Shown: positions 26,797 to 36,754, counted from the stretch's first letter. The stretch: DNA of 64,000 nt from Candidatus Bathyarchaeia archaeon (GCA_038727135.1 JAVYWL010000002.1:7186-71185), one strand, 5' to 3'. The notes: generated from the sequence alone by a model not told the origin. A program made the numbers and translations.

Positions 26797-27626
26797 CTCA
26801 AGATTTTTTGGGGGAGTCCGAGGAGTTTTCTAGCCTCGCTGGGGGTGGCTATTTCTATGCCCAGCTCCTTTGCTATTCTAACAACCTTAGCCACTAATTC
26901 GGCATTGCTTTTGGCTAGGACGCCCTTGGCGAGGTAGATGTTGTCTTCCATTCCAACTCGGACGTCTCCTCCCAAAATCATTCCAAGCGTTAGAAGTTTA
27001 AATTGAACTTTGCCACCGACGGCTATGACGTTCCACCTACAGTTTTGCGGTAAAGCCTTCACCATATGCATGAGGTTTTCCGGCGTAGCCGGAATCCCGC
27101 CCCTAACACCCAAAACTAGTCCAAACCTAAGGGGTTCTTTTAATAACCCTTTTTCAAACAATTGAAGTGCCAGGTTTATGTGTCCAACATCATAGCATTC
27201 AATTTCTGGTTTTATGTTTCTCTCAAGCATCATTTTCGCAATTTTTTCCACAACATCTGGGGGGTTTAGGAATACGCTGTTGCCGAAGGTCATGGTGGCC
27301 ACGTTAAGCGATGCAAATTCAGGGTTTAGCTCAAGGGCGCACATCCTTTGCTCCAAAGAAATTCCATAGGGTCCACCGCCTCCTGTGGTAAGTTGAATAA
27401 TCATGTCACATTTTTCTCTGATTCTTTCAACAACTTCGCGGTACAAATTAACGTCTGGGTATGGTTCCTTGGTTTTTGGGTTTCTAACGTGTATGTGAGC
27501 GACTGCTGCTCCAGCTTCGTAGGCTTTCACAGCTTCTTCGGCTATTTGCTCTGGGGTTATTGGCAGGTAAGGTGTCTCCTTCCACATTGGACCAGAACCT
27601 GTTGGAGCTACCGTTATTATCATCAT
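26793..27626 (-). CDS. BKACE-family beta-keto acid cleavage enzyme (3-keto-5-aminohexanoate cleavage enzyme-like, DUF849)
   Basis: IITVAPTG...PITPEQIAEEAVKAYEAGAAVAHIHVRNPKT. 277 aa. 4-nt overlap with the aminotransferase gene. Confidence 0.8.
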   Translation of the reverse strand: MMIITVAPTGSGPMWKETPYLPITPEQIAEEAVKAYEAGAAVAHIHVRNPKTKEPYPDVNLYREVVERIREKCDMIIQLTTGGGGPYGISLEQRMCALELNPEFASLNVATMTFGNSVFLNPPDVVEKIAKMMLERNIKPEIECYDVGHINLALQLFEKGLLKEPLRFGLVLGVRGGIPATPENLMHMVKALPQNCRWNVIAVGGKVQFKLLTLGMILGGDVRVGMEDNIYLAKGVLAKSNAELVAKVVRIAKELGIEIATPSEARKLLGLPQKILR

Positions 27627-27785
27627 GTTTTATCACAACACTACTCTTTGCCACTAGATGCCATAAACTTTGTCTTTTAGCTAAGGAGTGCAATTTTTAT
27701 GGTCACTAAAAAATAAACTATAGGTTGAAAATCAATAACAAAGCTTAAAAAGAAATCCAAATGTAACTGAAGAAAGGGGAAGGTT

Positions 27786-29378
27786 TTGGCTGAAGTTAAG
27801 TTCGCCTTCCCAAGAAAGGCGACAGGGCTTGTCAGAGAATTAGGCTGGTGGTCAGCATTCTCCGTTTCCCTCAGCTACACCATTGGCAGCGGAATAAACT
27901 ATTGGTCTGTGCAGGCTGCATATTGGCATCCAGGCTCAATAATCCCACTTGCATACATTATTGGCGCTTTACCAGCGATCTTCTTGGCCTACGTGATTAC
28001 CGAAATGGGAATAATGATGCCTAGGTCCGGAGGAAGTTACATATACGTATCAAGAGTGTTAGATCCTCACGTAGGCTTTCTAGGAGACTGGTTATACTTC
28101 GTAGCCAACAACTTTGCTACCGGAGTGTTGGCTGTAATCGGCGCTGGATTCTGGGTTAAAATGATTAACCTGCTGGGTTATGCCACCAATAATCCTGACT
28201 GGATTGCCTTCACGCTGGACAATGTGGGGTTAGGCATAATAGCCGTAGTAATAGTTACGATTTATACGCTGTTGTCATTGCTGGGCATAAGAGTGTTTAG
28301 ATGGTACGTAGCGGGACTAGTTGCCATAGGCATAGTAGGAAGCTTTCTCGGGGTTGCCGCCACCTTCTATGGAATTATGAATCCGGCTTACGTGAAGGAA
28401 GCTTGGAATTTAACGTATGGTGCAGGTTCATGGGAACAAGTGCAACAAGTAGCCATAGACAATGGTTGGGCTGATTATGTTACAACCGCCACCAAAGAGG
28501 CTGGCGGCACCGGGGGAGCAACCATACTCAATTTCGTGGACACTTTCTGGGCATACTGGGGAACAACAGCGGCATGCTATTTCGGCGGAGAAATGAAATC
28601 TCCAAAGACAGGCTTCATAGTGGGCGTTTTTGCCGCCACACTATTCGTAATGTTCTGGTATGTCTTAACAGTCATCGGCGTATATACAGCCTACGGAGAC
28701 TTTGTCAGCCAATACTGTTACGTCTATGGAGAAGGATACACGGATCAGGTGACAGCGATGACTATGTTGGATCCAAGTTTACCACTATTCACAGTGCCAC
28801 TAGCGCATGGGCAGGTTTGGCTTCAAGCAATATTTGCCTTTATTCCAGCCATGTGGATTTCCAACTGCTCAGGGTCAACTCTACTTGTGGGTCCAAGGCA
28901 ACCTTTCGCATGGGCCTTTGACAGATTCTTCCCAGAAGCCTTCAACCGCGTGAATGAGCGTTTCCACTCACCCCACTGGGCAATCATATTGACTGCGTTG
29001 ATCGCCTACTTATTCATACCATTAAGCCTCGGCAACGTTTTCGTGGCAACAGTGGATGCAACATTCATCTTCATCCTCAGCCAACTTCTCATAGCCTTTG
29101 CAGGTGTAATATTGCCTTATAGACGCCCGGACATCTGGGAGAGAGGGTTTAAGGCCACCTTTGCCGGCATACCAGTAATAAGCTTATGTGGCGCCTTAGC
29201 AATCTTCTTCTGGACTTGGGGATTAGCAGTAGCTGCATCTTGGCTAACCGCTTGGGGAATGGCCTACTTGGCCTTATGGGTTTTCGTTGGCTCCCTCATA
29301 TGGTTTGCTTATGCAGAGCGCAACAGAAGGATAGGCATTGCACTACAAGACATATATGGTGAAATACCACCAGCGTAA
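27786..29378 (+). CDS. APC-superfamily amino acid/amine permease
   Basis: 530 aa, ~12 or more TM helices, with a GSGINYW-type N-terminal region. TTG start. Confidence 0.7.
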   Translation: MAEVKFAFPRKATGLVRELGWWSAFSVSLSYTIGSGINYWSVQAAYWHPGSIIPLAYIIGALPAIFLAYVITEMGIMMPRSGGSYIYVSRVLDPHVGFLGDWLYFVANNFATGVLAVIGAGFWVKMINLLGYATNNPDWIAFTLDNVGLGIIAVVIVTIYTLLSLLGIRVFRWYVAGLVAIGIVGSFLGVAATFYGIMNPAYVKEAWNLTYGAGSWEQVQQVAIDNGWADYVTTATKEAGGTGGATILNFVDTFWAYWGTTAACYFGGEMKSPKTGFIVGVFAATLFVMFWYVLTVIGVYTAYGDFVSQYCYVYGEGYTDQVTAMTMLDPSLPLFTVPLAHGQVWLQAIFAFIPAMWISNCSGSTLLVGPRQPFAWAFDRFFPEAFNRVNERFHSPHWAIILTALIAYLFIPLSLGNVFVATVDATFIFILSQLLIAFAGVILPYRRPDIWERGFKATFAGIPVISLCGALAIFFWTWGLAVAASWLTAWGMAYLALWVFVGSLIWFAYAERNRRIGIALQDIYGEIPPA

Positions 29379-29385
29379 ACTTTAG

Positions 29386-30084
29386 TTACCCACCTTTTTC
29401 TTTAATTTTGGCATCAACTATTGCAAGGTAATACCCATGCAAAATTCCAGGTTTCTTAATCACCCTTATCCCTTCATAATCAATCCTCTGCAGCTTAATC
29501 TTATAATCTTCCGGTTTTAACCCATACTTCTCAATGGTTGATTTCAATTTGTCAATGTGATGTTGAACAGCCTCCTTTAACCTTCTCTTTGTAGCTTCCT
29601 CCTCTTTGACGCCGCCTTCCTCGGCAATTTTTTTAAGCTCATATTTTGTTAAGCTCAACATAAGCAAAGTTACATCCGCTAGGATGAAAAGCAAAATTAT
29701 GCTTGGGAAGGACAAGAAAGTCCAATAAATCCATATAAAACCGGGAGGAAAAGTTACGCCCCTCTGCAATAAAATGGCTAAAACAACCACAATCATGAAA
29801 TAGATTAATGTGACAAAATTTAAGATCTTGTTTACCCTTATCATTTTTCTAAGCTTGCCAGACTGCCCTATTTTCTTCAAAACTTTTTGGGTTTCTTTAC
29901 TGAAGTATTTCAGATATGCCGAGTTTAAACTGACCGTTTTGGTTTTCGCCAACAACTCTTTTGGATCGTGAATTGAAGCGCTTCTTAAACCATCAAAGTA
30001 GCTAATTACAGAAACCAGCTCACTCGATATTTTCTGAGCCTTCTTTACATCCTCCTCAGTCCATTTCACTCTAGCCGACCCCAA
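29386..30084 (-). CDS. Hypothetical two-TM protein with charged helical tails
   Basis: 232 aa with a central pair of hydrophobic helices and a KE-rich C-terminal region. Confidence 0.45.
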   Translation of the reverse strand: MGSARVKWTEEDVKKAQKISSELVSVISYFDGLRSASIHDPKELLAKTKTVSLNSAYLKYFSKETQKVLKKIGQSGKLRKMIRVNKILNFVTLIYFMIVVVLAILLQRGVTFPPGFIWIYWTFLSFPSIILLFILADVTLLMLSLTKYELKKIAEEGGVKEEEATKRRLKEAVQHHIDKLKSTIEKYGLKPEDYKIKLQRIDYEGIRVIKKPGILHGYYLAIVDAKIKEKGG

Positions 30085-30147
30085 ACCTTACACTAACAAC
30101 ATTAGTACAAATGTGTAGGATAAGATTATTAAGACTTAGTTGGGAGT

Positions 30148-30936
30148 TTACAACCTAACTTCTTTATACCACTTTTTCTTTGTTCCAACTTGTGCTCTCT
30201 TCAACCAATCCTTGGTTTTGGGCTCCTCATCAATATACTTCAAGATTTGGTCGATCTTTGAGGTCACATCGGCAATATCTTCTGCAGTAAGTTGCTGGTA
30301 CATGGGGCAGGCAGCCCTAACCTTTTTCAAGTTGGTTGTGGCTGTGTACCAGAATCCCCAATCGTTTGCAAACAGCTTAGCCATGTATTTGGCATTAATT
30401 GTTTCCGGCGCGTCAGTATCGCCAATTTTGTGGTCCCTCAGGAGGACTATGACGTCTTTGGCGTCTTTCTCTGTGAATTCCACTATTTCCAGTTTGGTTA
30501 GCAGCAAGTCGACCAATGAGGCTGTTGGATAGTCTAGGTGGAACCTGTTTCGAAAGTCTACCTTGTGGCATAGATCTAACGCGTCATAGAAAATGTCAAT
30601 GTCAACTTTCCCTCTATAAACCTGGCGATTTCTCGTTCCAACACCACTTGTGAAGAAAAAGATGTAGGAGTCGAACTTCCAACCCCTCGTCTCAAAAAAC
30701 TTTCTGATTTTCGCTCTTTCTTTATCCGGGGCGACAAAATCTATGTCTGGAAACTCTTGTCCCTCAATTCTCTTCAGCCTTTTGTGAAGGTCAATTGCCA
30801 TGGGAGACGAGTGAATTCTAATCGCTGGGCCGCCTATCAGCCTTAACGTGAGCCCTTCCTTTTTTGCCTCCTCCACTAAGTCTATGGCCAGTTTTACAAT
30901 TTCCTCGGATGGCACTTGCTTCTTTTCCTTCTCCAT
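30148..30936 (-). CDS. Putative nucleotidyltransferase-fold protein
   Basis: LRLIGGPAIRIH ... FPDIDFVAP resembles the hG[GS] ... DxD pattern of minimal NTases (AbiEii / NTP_transf_5-like). Motif-level evidence only. Confidence 0.4.
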   Translation of the reverse strand: MEKEKKQVPSEEIVKLAIDLVEEAKKEGLTLRLIGGPAIRIHSSPMAIDLHKRLKRIEGQEFPDIDFVAPDKERAKIRKFFETRGWKFDSYIFFFTSGVGTRNRQVYRGKVDIDIFYDALDLCHKVDFRNRFHLDYPTASLVDLLLTKLEIVEFTEKDAKDVIVLLRDHKIGDTDAPETINAKYMAKLFANDWGFWYTATTNLKKVRAACPMYQQLTAEDIADVTSKIDQILKYIDEEPKTKDWLKRAQVGTKKKWYKEVRL

Positions 30937-30939
30937 TAA

Positions 30940-31899
30940 TCATCCCTCCACCTTCCACCATTTCTCAATGCCATCTTTTGTGAGGTCGATGATGAAGCCT
31001 CTAAGCACCCCTTCGCTGTATTCTGAACCGGGGTTTATGGCTAAGGTTTTTCCTATATAGTCTGAAGCATAGGATTCATGGATGTGACCGTGCAAACTTA
31101 AGAGGGGCTGATTCTCCTCAATAAATCTTCGTATGGCTTTGCTGCCTACATTATCATAAATTATTCTTCCTAGGAAGACAACTGGCTTCAAGTTCTTATC
31201 CAGTTTTGGAGCCAAATCCAGTTTGGTGCAATATGGTGGACAGTGGAAATTTAGGATAACTTTCCTCCAGTCGCCGGAGAACATGTTCTTTATCCTTTCC
31301 AGCTTTTTCCATAACTCCTCTTCTGGAGCCTCTCGAGGCGTGTCCCATGGTGTAGGGTTAACCCATTCAAAACTTAGCATTTCATAGTCTAGGCATATGT
31401 TGACAACCTTTTCCAGCGGGTATATAACACGGTCCTCGTGGGCCTTTATCAATTCGTCAATTTCAAATGAGTCGTCATTTCCAGGCATCATAACAACGGT
31501 GACGTCTTTGGGCAGTTTTTCATCAATCATGTTAAGCCATCTTTGAAGTCTCTCTTTCATGTAACCGCGGAATAATTCGTCAACCCTTTTTGGATTCTTC
31601 ATAAGCTCGTCATACTCGTCTTGGCTGCAAACATGAGTGTAAAATCCGCTGAAAGTAATCTTATCAATTAGCTTTTTTAGTTCGTCTTCGCCGCTGGCGT
31701 TTATCCATCGCCCATAAACCATGGTCTTGTATCGGCCGGGGCTTTCCTCAATTATTGGTATTATGAGTTTTCCAGTTAAATCTCCACACAACAATAGAAC
31801 ATTTGCCTTATACACTTTGGGGATTGAGAGCCACTTTCGCCAAACCATTTCGCTTCCGTGTATGTCTACGGCATGAAAGAGTCTAACTTTTTCAGCCAT
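30940..31899 (-). CDS. Calcineurin-like metallophosphoesterase
   Basis: VDIHG, CGDLTG, MPGNDD and LHGHIHE are metallophosphoesterase motifs I-V. Confidence 0.7.
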   Translation of the reverse strand: MAEKVRLFHAVDIHGSEMVWRKWLSIPKVYKANVLLLCGDLTGKLIIPIIEESPGRYKTMVYGRWINASGEDELKKLIDKITFSGFYTHVCSQDEYDELMKNPKRVDELFRGYMKERLQRWLNMIDEKLPKDVTVVMMPGNDDSFEIDELIKAHEDRVIYPLEKVVNICLDYEMLSFEWVNPTPWDTPREAPEEELWKKLERIKNMFSGDWRKVILNFHCPPYCTKLDLAPKLDKNLKPVVFLGRIIYDNVGSKAIRRFIEENQPLLSLHGHIHESYASDYIGKTLAINPGSEYSEGVLRGFIIDLTKDGIEKWWKVEG

Positions 31900-32030
31900 T
31901 GCAAGACCTAGGAAATGCTTTACCCTTATCGTATATTTACCTTACTCTTTTTAAAGCAACATCAAGGTTCACTTCTGAAAATTTTATATGCAAATACATG
32001 CAATTTGATTTGATACTCAAGGTGGAATCT

Positions 32031-32681
32031 ATGAAAGAAGAAGTCCTAAATAAACTGATGAACGCGGTCCTAAGCTATGACCCGGAAGCCGCTGTTAAAG
32101 CTGCGGAAGAAGCCCTCCAAAAAGGCGTAGACCCCGTTGAGGCCATTGAAGAAGGTCTAGCCAAAGGGGTAAGAATTGTCGGAGAGCGGTTCGGCGCCGG
32201 AGAAGCCTTTTTAACAGAGCTTGTAATAGCCGCGGAAGCCATGAAACAAGCCCTAAAAGTTCTCGAACCTGCAATTCTAAAAAGCGCTAGAGAAAAGAAA
32301 ACTCTAGGCAGGGTTCTTATAGGCACGGTGGAAGGAGATATCCACGACATTGGAAAGAACATTGTAAGTACGCTTCTCATGGTGGCCGGCTTTGAGGTTA
32401 TAGACATAGGAGTTGACGTTCCAACCGAAAAGTTCGTAGAGAAAGTTAAAGAGGTTAAACCAGACATAGTTGGAATGTCCGCCCTAATGACCACCACTAT
32501 GGCCAAAATGGCAGAGGTTATAGAAGCCCTAAAACGTGAAGGACTACGCGAAAAAGTTAAAGTGATAATAGGCGGGGCTCCCACATCCAAGAAGTGGGCC
32601 GAAGAAATAGGCGCCGACGGCCACGGCGGAGACGCCATAGAAGCTGTTGAAGTGGCAAAAAAGCTGGTGAAAGCCGCATAA
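32031..32681 (+). CDS. Corrinoid (cobalamin-binding) methyl-carrier protein 1
   Basis: B12-binding cap helix bundle plus a Rossmann domain with GDIHDIGKN (DxHxxG), SALMTTT and GGAP. Start at the ATG after AAGGTGG. Confidence 0.85.
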   Translation: MKEEVLNKLMNAVLSYDPEAAVKAAEEALQKGVDPVEAIEEGLAKGVRIVGERFGAGEAFLTELVIAAEAMKQALKVLEPAILKSAREKKTLGRVLIGTVEGDIHDIGKNIVSTLLMVAGFEVIDIGVDVPTEKFVEKVKEVKPDIVGMSALMTTTMAKMAEVIEALKREGLREKVKVIIGGAPTSKKWAEEIGADGHGGDAIEAVEVAKKLVKAA

Positions 32682-32725
32682 TCCAAGAGGCTGCTCGGTT
32701 ACGTTTTGAAGGTTGAGGCTCTAAA

Positions 32726-34183
32726 ATGGTTTTTCCCAGAGAAAATCAGAGGGTAAAATTCTCCGTCCTTTCCAGAGAAGATTTAGAAACGATTCACAAA
32801 GCCACCTTAGAAGTTTTAGAGACAACAGGGCTTAGAATCACTAGCCAAAAGTGCCTCAGGATTCTTGAGGAAGGAGGCTGCAAGGTTGATTATAAAAGGC
32901 AGGTGGCATTTATCCCCTCTTATTTGGTTGAAGAAGCCTTGAGGAAAAAACAGAAGAGCATAACTCTCTGTGCCAGAAATCCAAAATATGATGCAGTTTT
33001 GGATGAAAATCATGTGTATATAACCACTGACGGGAATGGAACCCAAACTTACGACATGGAAACTGGGGAAAGGCGGACTTCAACAAAGGATGATATAGCC
33101 AAATCAGCCATAATTTCAGACGCCATTGACGTGGTGGACATATATTGGCCCATGGTAAGTGCCCAAGACTATCCAGCCCACGTTCGACATCTCCACGATC
33201 TTGAGGTTTCTTTAGCTAACACGGAAAAACATGTAACCTTCGAAACAACCATGTCGCCTAAAGAAGCTAGATATCAGATAGAAATTGCAGCGGCAGTTCT
33301 CGGAGACGAAGAGAAGCTAAGGAAGAGGCCCATAATCTCTTCCCTACACTGCACAAGCGCCCCACTTCAAATGGATGGAAACAGCATGGAAGCCGCCCTA
33401 GAATTTTCTAAAGCTGGCATTCCAGTGATGTTTTTTGGAATGCCCCAGCCGGGAGCCACGGGTCCTGTAACGCTTGCCGGTTCTTTGGTTGTGAATAATG
33501 CTGAAGTTTTGGGCTGTCTCACTCTAACTCAATTGGTTTGTCCAGGGGCTCCTGTCATTTATGGCGCTGGCATAGCGGTTTTTGATATGAAAACCTTAAA
33601 ACGAGCTGGGGGAGGCCCGGAACACGGTTTAACCGGCGCCGCTGCCGGTGAGCTAGCAAGGTATTATGGTATGCCCTCTATTGTGGGAGGTTTTGTTTCA
33701 ACGGCAAAGACTCCGGGAGCCCAAGCATGTTATGAAAAGTTTGCAAGCGGGTTTCCACCAGTTTTCTCCGGGTGCAGCATGATCGCCGGGGTAGGATTGC
33801 TTGATGACTGCACAACCCTCGCCTTTGAAGAGATTCTAATAGACGCTGAAATTGTGAAGATAGTTTTCCGAATAGCCCAGGGAATAGAGGTTAACGACAA
33901 CACATTAGCACTTGATATTATCCGCAAAGTTGGTCCAGGCGGCAATTTCCTAGCCGAGAGACACACCCTTCAAAACTTGCGAAGGGAACATTTCATCCCC
34001 GAATTAACCGACAGGCGATCCTTCGAAGCGTGGATCAAGGATGGCGGGAAAGACCTGGTGAGGATAGCCAAGGAAAAGGTTAAGGTAATCCTTCAAACAC
34101 ACCAAGTTCAACCCTTAGAAAAGGATGTGCAAAAGGAAATCAAACGCATCATTGAAAGGGCTGAAAAGGATTTAGCTACCTAA
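32726..34183 (+). CDS. MttB-superfamily methyltransferase, non-pyrrolysine (paralog 1)
   Basis: 485 aa, uninterrupted. LSREDLETIHKATLEVLETTGLRI...FIPSYLVEEAL, GPGGNFLAERHT. Confidence 0.85.
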   Translation: MVFPRENQRVKFSVLSREDLETIHKATLEVLETTGLRITSQKCLRILEEGGCKVDYKRQVAFIPSYLVEEALRKKQKSITLCARNPKYDAVLDENHVYITTDGNGTQTYDMETGERRTSTKDDIAKSAIISDAIDVVDIYWPMVSAQDYPAHVRHLHDLEVSLANTEKHVTFETTMSPKEARYQIEIAAAVLGDEEKLRKRPIISSLHCTSAPLQMDGNSMEAALEFSKAGIPVMFFGMPQPGATGPVTLAGSLVVNNAEVLGCLTLTQLVCPGAPVIYGAGIAVFDMKTLKRAGGGPEHGLTGAAAGELARYYGMPSIVGGFVSTAKTPGAQACYEKFASGFPPVFSGCSMIAGVGLLDDCTTLAFEEILIDAEIVKIVFRIAQGIEVNDNTLALDIIRKVGPGGNFLAERHTLQNLRREHFIPELTDRRSFEAWIKDGGKDLVRIAKEKVKVILQTHQVQPLEKDVQKEIKRIIERAEKDLAT

Positions 34184-34233
34184 AAAGCTTATTAAAAACT
34201 TTGTTTGTTAAACGTTTCAAAAGGAGGAAAATT

Positions 34234-35676
34234 ATGCCTAAATCCTCTCTTCCAAAATTTCAGCCTTTGTCCGAGGATGAAATCGAGTCAATTCACCTTG
34301 CTTCTCTTAGACTCCTAGAAGAGGTTGGCGTGAAAATATACAGCGAAAACGCATTAAAATTATTAAGCGGCAACGGAGCTGAGGTGGACTTTGATAAGAA
34401 AATTGCCTATATCCCACAACATTTGGTTAAGGAAGCTCTCAGTAAGGCGCCTTCCACCATCAAACTTTATGGTAGAATTAGGAGACACGACAGAGTTTTA
34501 GAAGGAGACACAGTCACATTTAATCCTGGATCATCAGCCCTATACATTCTGGATTATGAGACTGGTGAAATTAGGAGACCAATTTCGAAGGATTTGGAGA
34601 ATCTTGTTAGACTTGCCGACGCTCTTGAACATATTCAGGCGCAAAGCACAGCCATGGTTGTTTCGGATGTCCCTCAGTCAATAGTGGACCGTTACCGCCT
34701 CTACATAGTTCTAAAAAATTCTTCAAAGCCAATAATAACCGGAGCCTTCAGCATCGATGGACTTTATGACATGAAAAGAATGCTTGAAATTGTGGCTGGC
34801 GGCGAGAAAGAATTAGCCAAAAAGCCCATGGCAATATTTGATGTTTGTCCCTCTTCACCGTTAAAATGGAGCGAAATCGACGTACAAAACCTAGTAGATT
34901 GCGCCAAATTCCGTTTACCTGTTAATATTATTCCAGCAATCCAGTTAGGTGCCACTGGTCCCGCAACGATAGCTGGCTCCCTTGTTCAACACAACGCCGA
35001 AGTTTTAAGCGGCTTGGTGATGGTTCAGCTAGTAAATCCGGGTTCCCCGGTGATTTATGGCGGTTCACCAACGGTTTTCGATCAGAGGTGTGCTACGGCT
35101 TGTCTAGGGGCTGTGGAAGCTATGCTTCTGGGTTGTGCCTACATCCAAATTGCAAAGAGCTATCGATTGCCAACTCACATGTATATTGGACTTAGTGATG
35201 CGAAGGTGATAGATGCACAATGCGGCTTTGAAACTGGAATAGGCTTAGTATTAGGAGCGTTGGCTGGAATAAACGTGATATCCGGACCGGGAATGTTAAA
35301 CTTTGAAAATTGCCAAAGTTTAGAAAAACTTGTTATAGACAACGAAATTTGCGGCATGGCACTTAGGCTAGCAAAGGGTGTTAAGGTTGAAGATGAAACA
35401 ATAGCCTTCGACCTTATTAAAAAGGTGGGGCCCGGCGGAACATACTTGGCAGAAAGGCACACTCTGGAATGGATTAGAAAAGAGCAGTTCGTACCATCAG
35501 AAATCATTGATCGCAAAGAATGGAAGGCTTGGAGAGATGCTGGGAAAAAAGACGTAGTGAAACGAGCTCACGAAATTGTCGAGAAAAAACTGAAAGAGCA
35601 TGTGCCTGAGCCGTTACCCAAAGATGTCCAAGAAAACCTTGACAATTTTGCAAAAGACCTATTGAAAAGATGCTGA
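34234..35676 (+). CDS. MttB-superfamily methyltransferase, non-pyrrolysine (paralog 2)
   Basis: LSEDEIESIHLASLRLLEEVGVKI, GPGGTYLAERHT. Start at the ATG after AAGGAGGA. Confidence 0.85.
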   Translation: MPKSSLPKFQPLSEDEIESIHLASLRLLEEVGVKIYSENALKLLSGNGAEVDFDKKIAYIPQHLVKEALSKAPSTIKLYGRIRRHDRVLEGDTVTFNPGSSALYILDYETGEIRRPISKDLENLVRLADALEHIQAQSTAMVVSDVPQSIVDRYRLYIVLKNSSKPIITGAFSIDGLYDMKRMLEIVAGGEKELAKKPMAIFDVCPSSPLKWSEIDVQNLVDCAKFRLPVNIIPAIQLGATGPATIAGSLVQHNAEVLSGLVMVQLVNPGSPVIYGGSPTVFDQRCATACLGAVEAMLLGCAYIQIAKSYRLPTHMYIGLSDAKVIDAQCGFETGIGLVLGALAGINVISGPGMLNFENCQSLEKLVIDNEICGMALRLAKGVKVEDETIAFDLIKKVGPGGTYLAERHTLEWIRKEQFVPSEIIDRKEWKAWRDAGKKDVVKRAHEIVEKKLKEHVPEPLPKDVQENLDNFAKDLLKRC

Positions 35677-35757
35677 AAGAATGGCATACCGCCCTAACTT
35701 TTTATGAAAATTTAAATAGATTCCCAACGGTAAGACAGATTCCAAGGAGGATTCAAG

Positions 35758-36663
35758 ATGTTCAAGTTTGAAAAGGAGCAGAAAATTTTTGACATTGCAA
35801 ACGTGAAGGTTGGAGGGCAACCAGGTCAACTTCCAACGGTGCTCATTGGAAGCATATTTTACCATAAGCACAAGATCGTAAAGGACGAGCGGAAAGGCGA
35901 GTTCGACAAGGAGAAAGCCGAAGAAGCACTGAAAAAGGAGGAGGAAATATCCAATAGAACTGGAAATCCGAGAATTGTGGATGTTTGCTGTTCATGGCCA
36001 GAAGCCTTTGAAAAATTCATAGAGTTTGTCGCAGACCATATTGATGGACCCTTTACGATTGATGGCGCCACAGCCGATGTTAGGATTGCCGGGGCAAAAT
36101 ATGTTGGGGAAGTAGGCTTATCCGAAAGGGTTGTTTACAATTCCATAACACCCCATGTTAAAGAGGAAGAAATCACAGCCATTAGAGACGCCAAGATTAA
36201 ATCTGCCGTACTTTTAACACTTAACACCAAAAACCCCACAATTTCGGGAAGGTTGCAGGTGCTCGACGAGTTATTAGCCACGGCTCAAAAGGCGGGAATA
36301 GAAAAGTTTTTGGTGGATACTACGGTTCTCGACCTGCCCGATCCGGGACCAGTTAGCAAGGCCATCTACCTAGTTAAGGAAAAATATGGGTTGCCCGCTG
36401 GGGCTGGAACACATAACGCTGTTGACAGATGGAAAAGTAGGCGCAAGCTTGATGCAACAGAGTATATGCTTGCAACCAGTGTAGCCAACGTTTTCCCCAT
36501 AATTGCCGGAGCCAACTTCATACTGTATGGACCCATTGAAAACGCTTCCCAAGCATACTTTTACTGTGGCTTAGCTGACGCTTATGTCGCTTACGCTGTT
36601 TCCCAAGAGTTTGGGGTAAGACCGTTAACAAGAGATCATCCATTATACAAAATATTCAGGTAA
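35758..36663 (+). CDS. mtrH: MtrH-like methyltransferase (methyl-corrinoid:tetrahydromethanopterin/folate methyltransferase)
   Basis: MFKFEKEQKIFDIANVKVGGQPGQLPTVLIGSIFY closely matches the MtrH N-terminus as I remember it. 301 aa. No other mtr genes nearby. Confidence 0.8.
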   Translation: MFKFEKEQKIFDIANVKVGGQPGQLPTVLIGSIFYHKHKIVKDERKGEFDKEKAEEALKKEEEISNRTGNPRIVDVCCSWPEAFEKFIEFVADHIDGPFTIDGATADVRIAGAKYVGEVGLSERVVYNSITPHVKEEEITAIRDAKIKSAVLLTLNTKNPTISGRLQVLDELLATAQKAGIEKFLVDTTVLDLPDPGPVSKAIYLVKEKYGLPAGAGTHNAVDRWKSRRKLDATEYMLATSVANVFPIIAGANFILYGPIENASQAYFYCGLADAYVAYAVSQEFGVRPLTRDHPLYKIFR

Positions 36664-36754
36664 AAGTTTAAACATCCTAAAAATTCGTTATAAAACCGCT
36701 TTACTATTTTCTTCTAATTCAAGTTTTTAAGTGTGCTATTGTGGAATATGGCTT

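Noticed and set aside
32075-32686. 203-aa ORF antisense to corrinoid protein gene 1
   Set aside because: It has a Ser/Ala/Thr/Pro-rich low-complexity translation typical of the shadow frame of a GC-biased coding strand, and the sense strand has clear B12-binding motifs. The same reasoning applies to other long antisense ORFs, for example 51239..51715, 38278..38565 and those inside 60192..62903.
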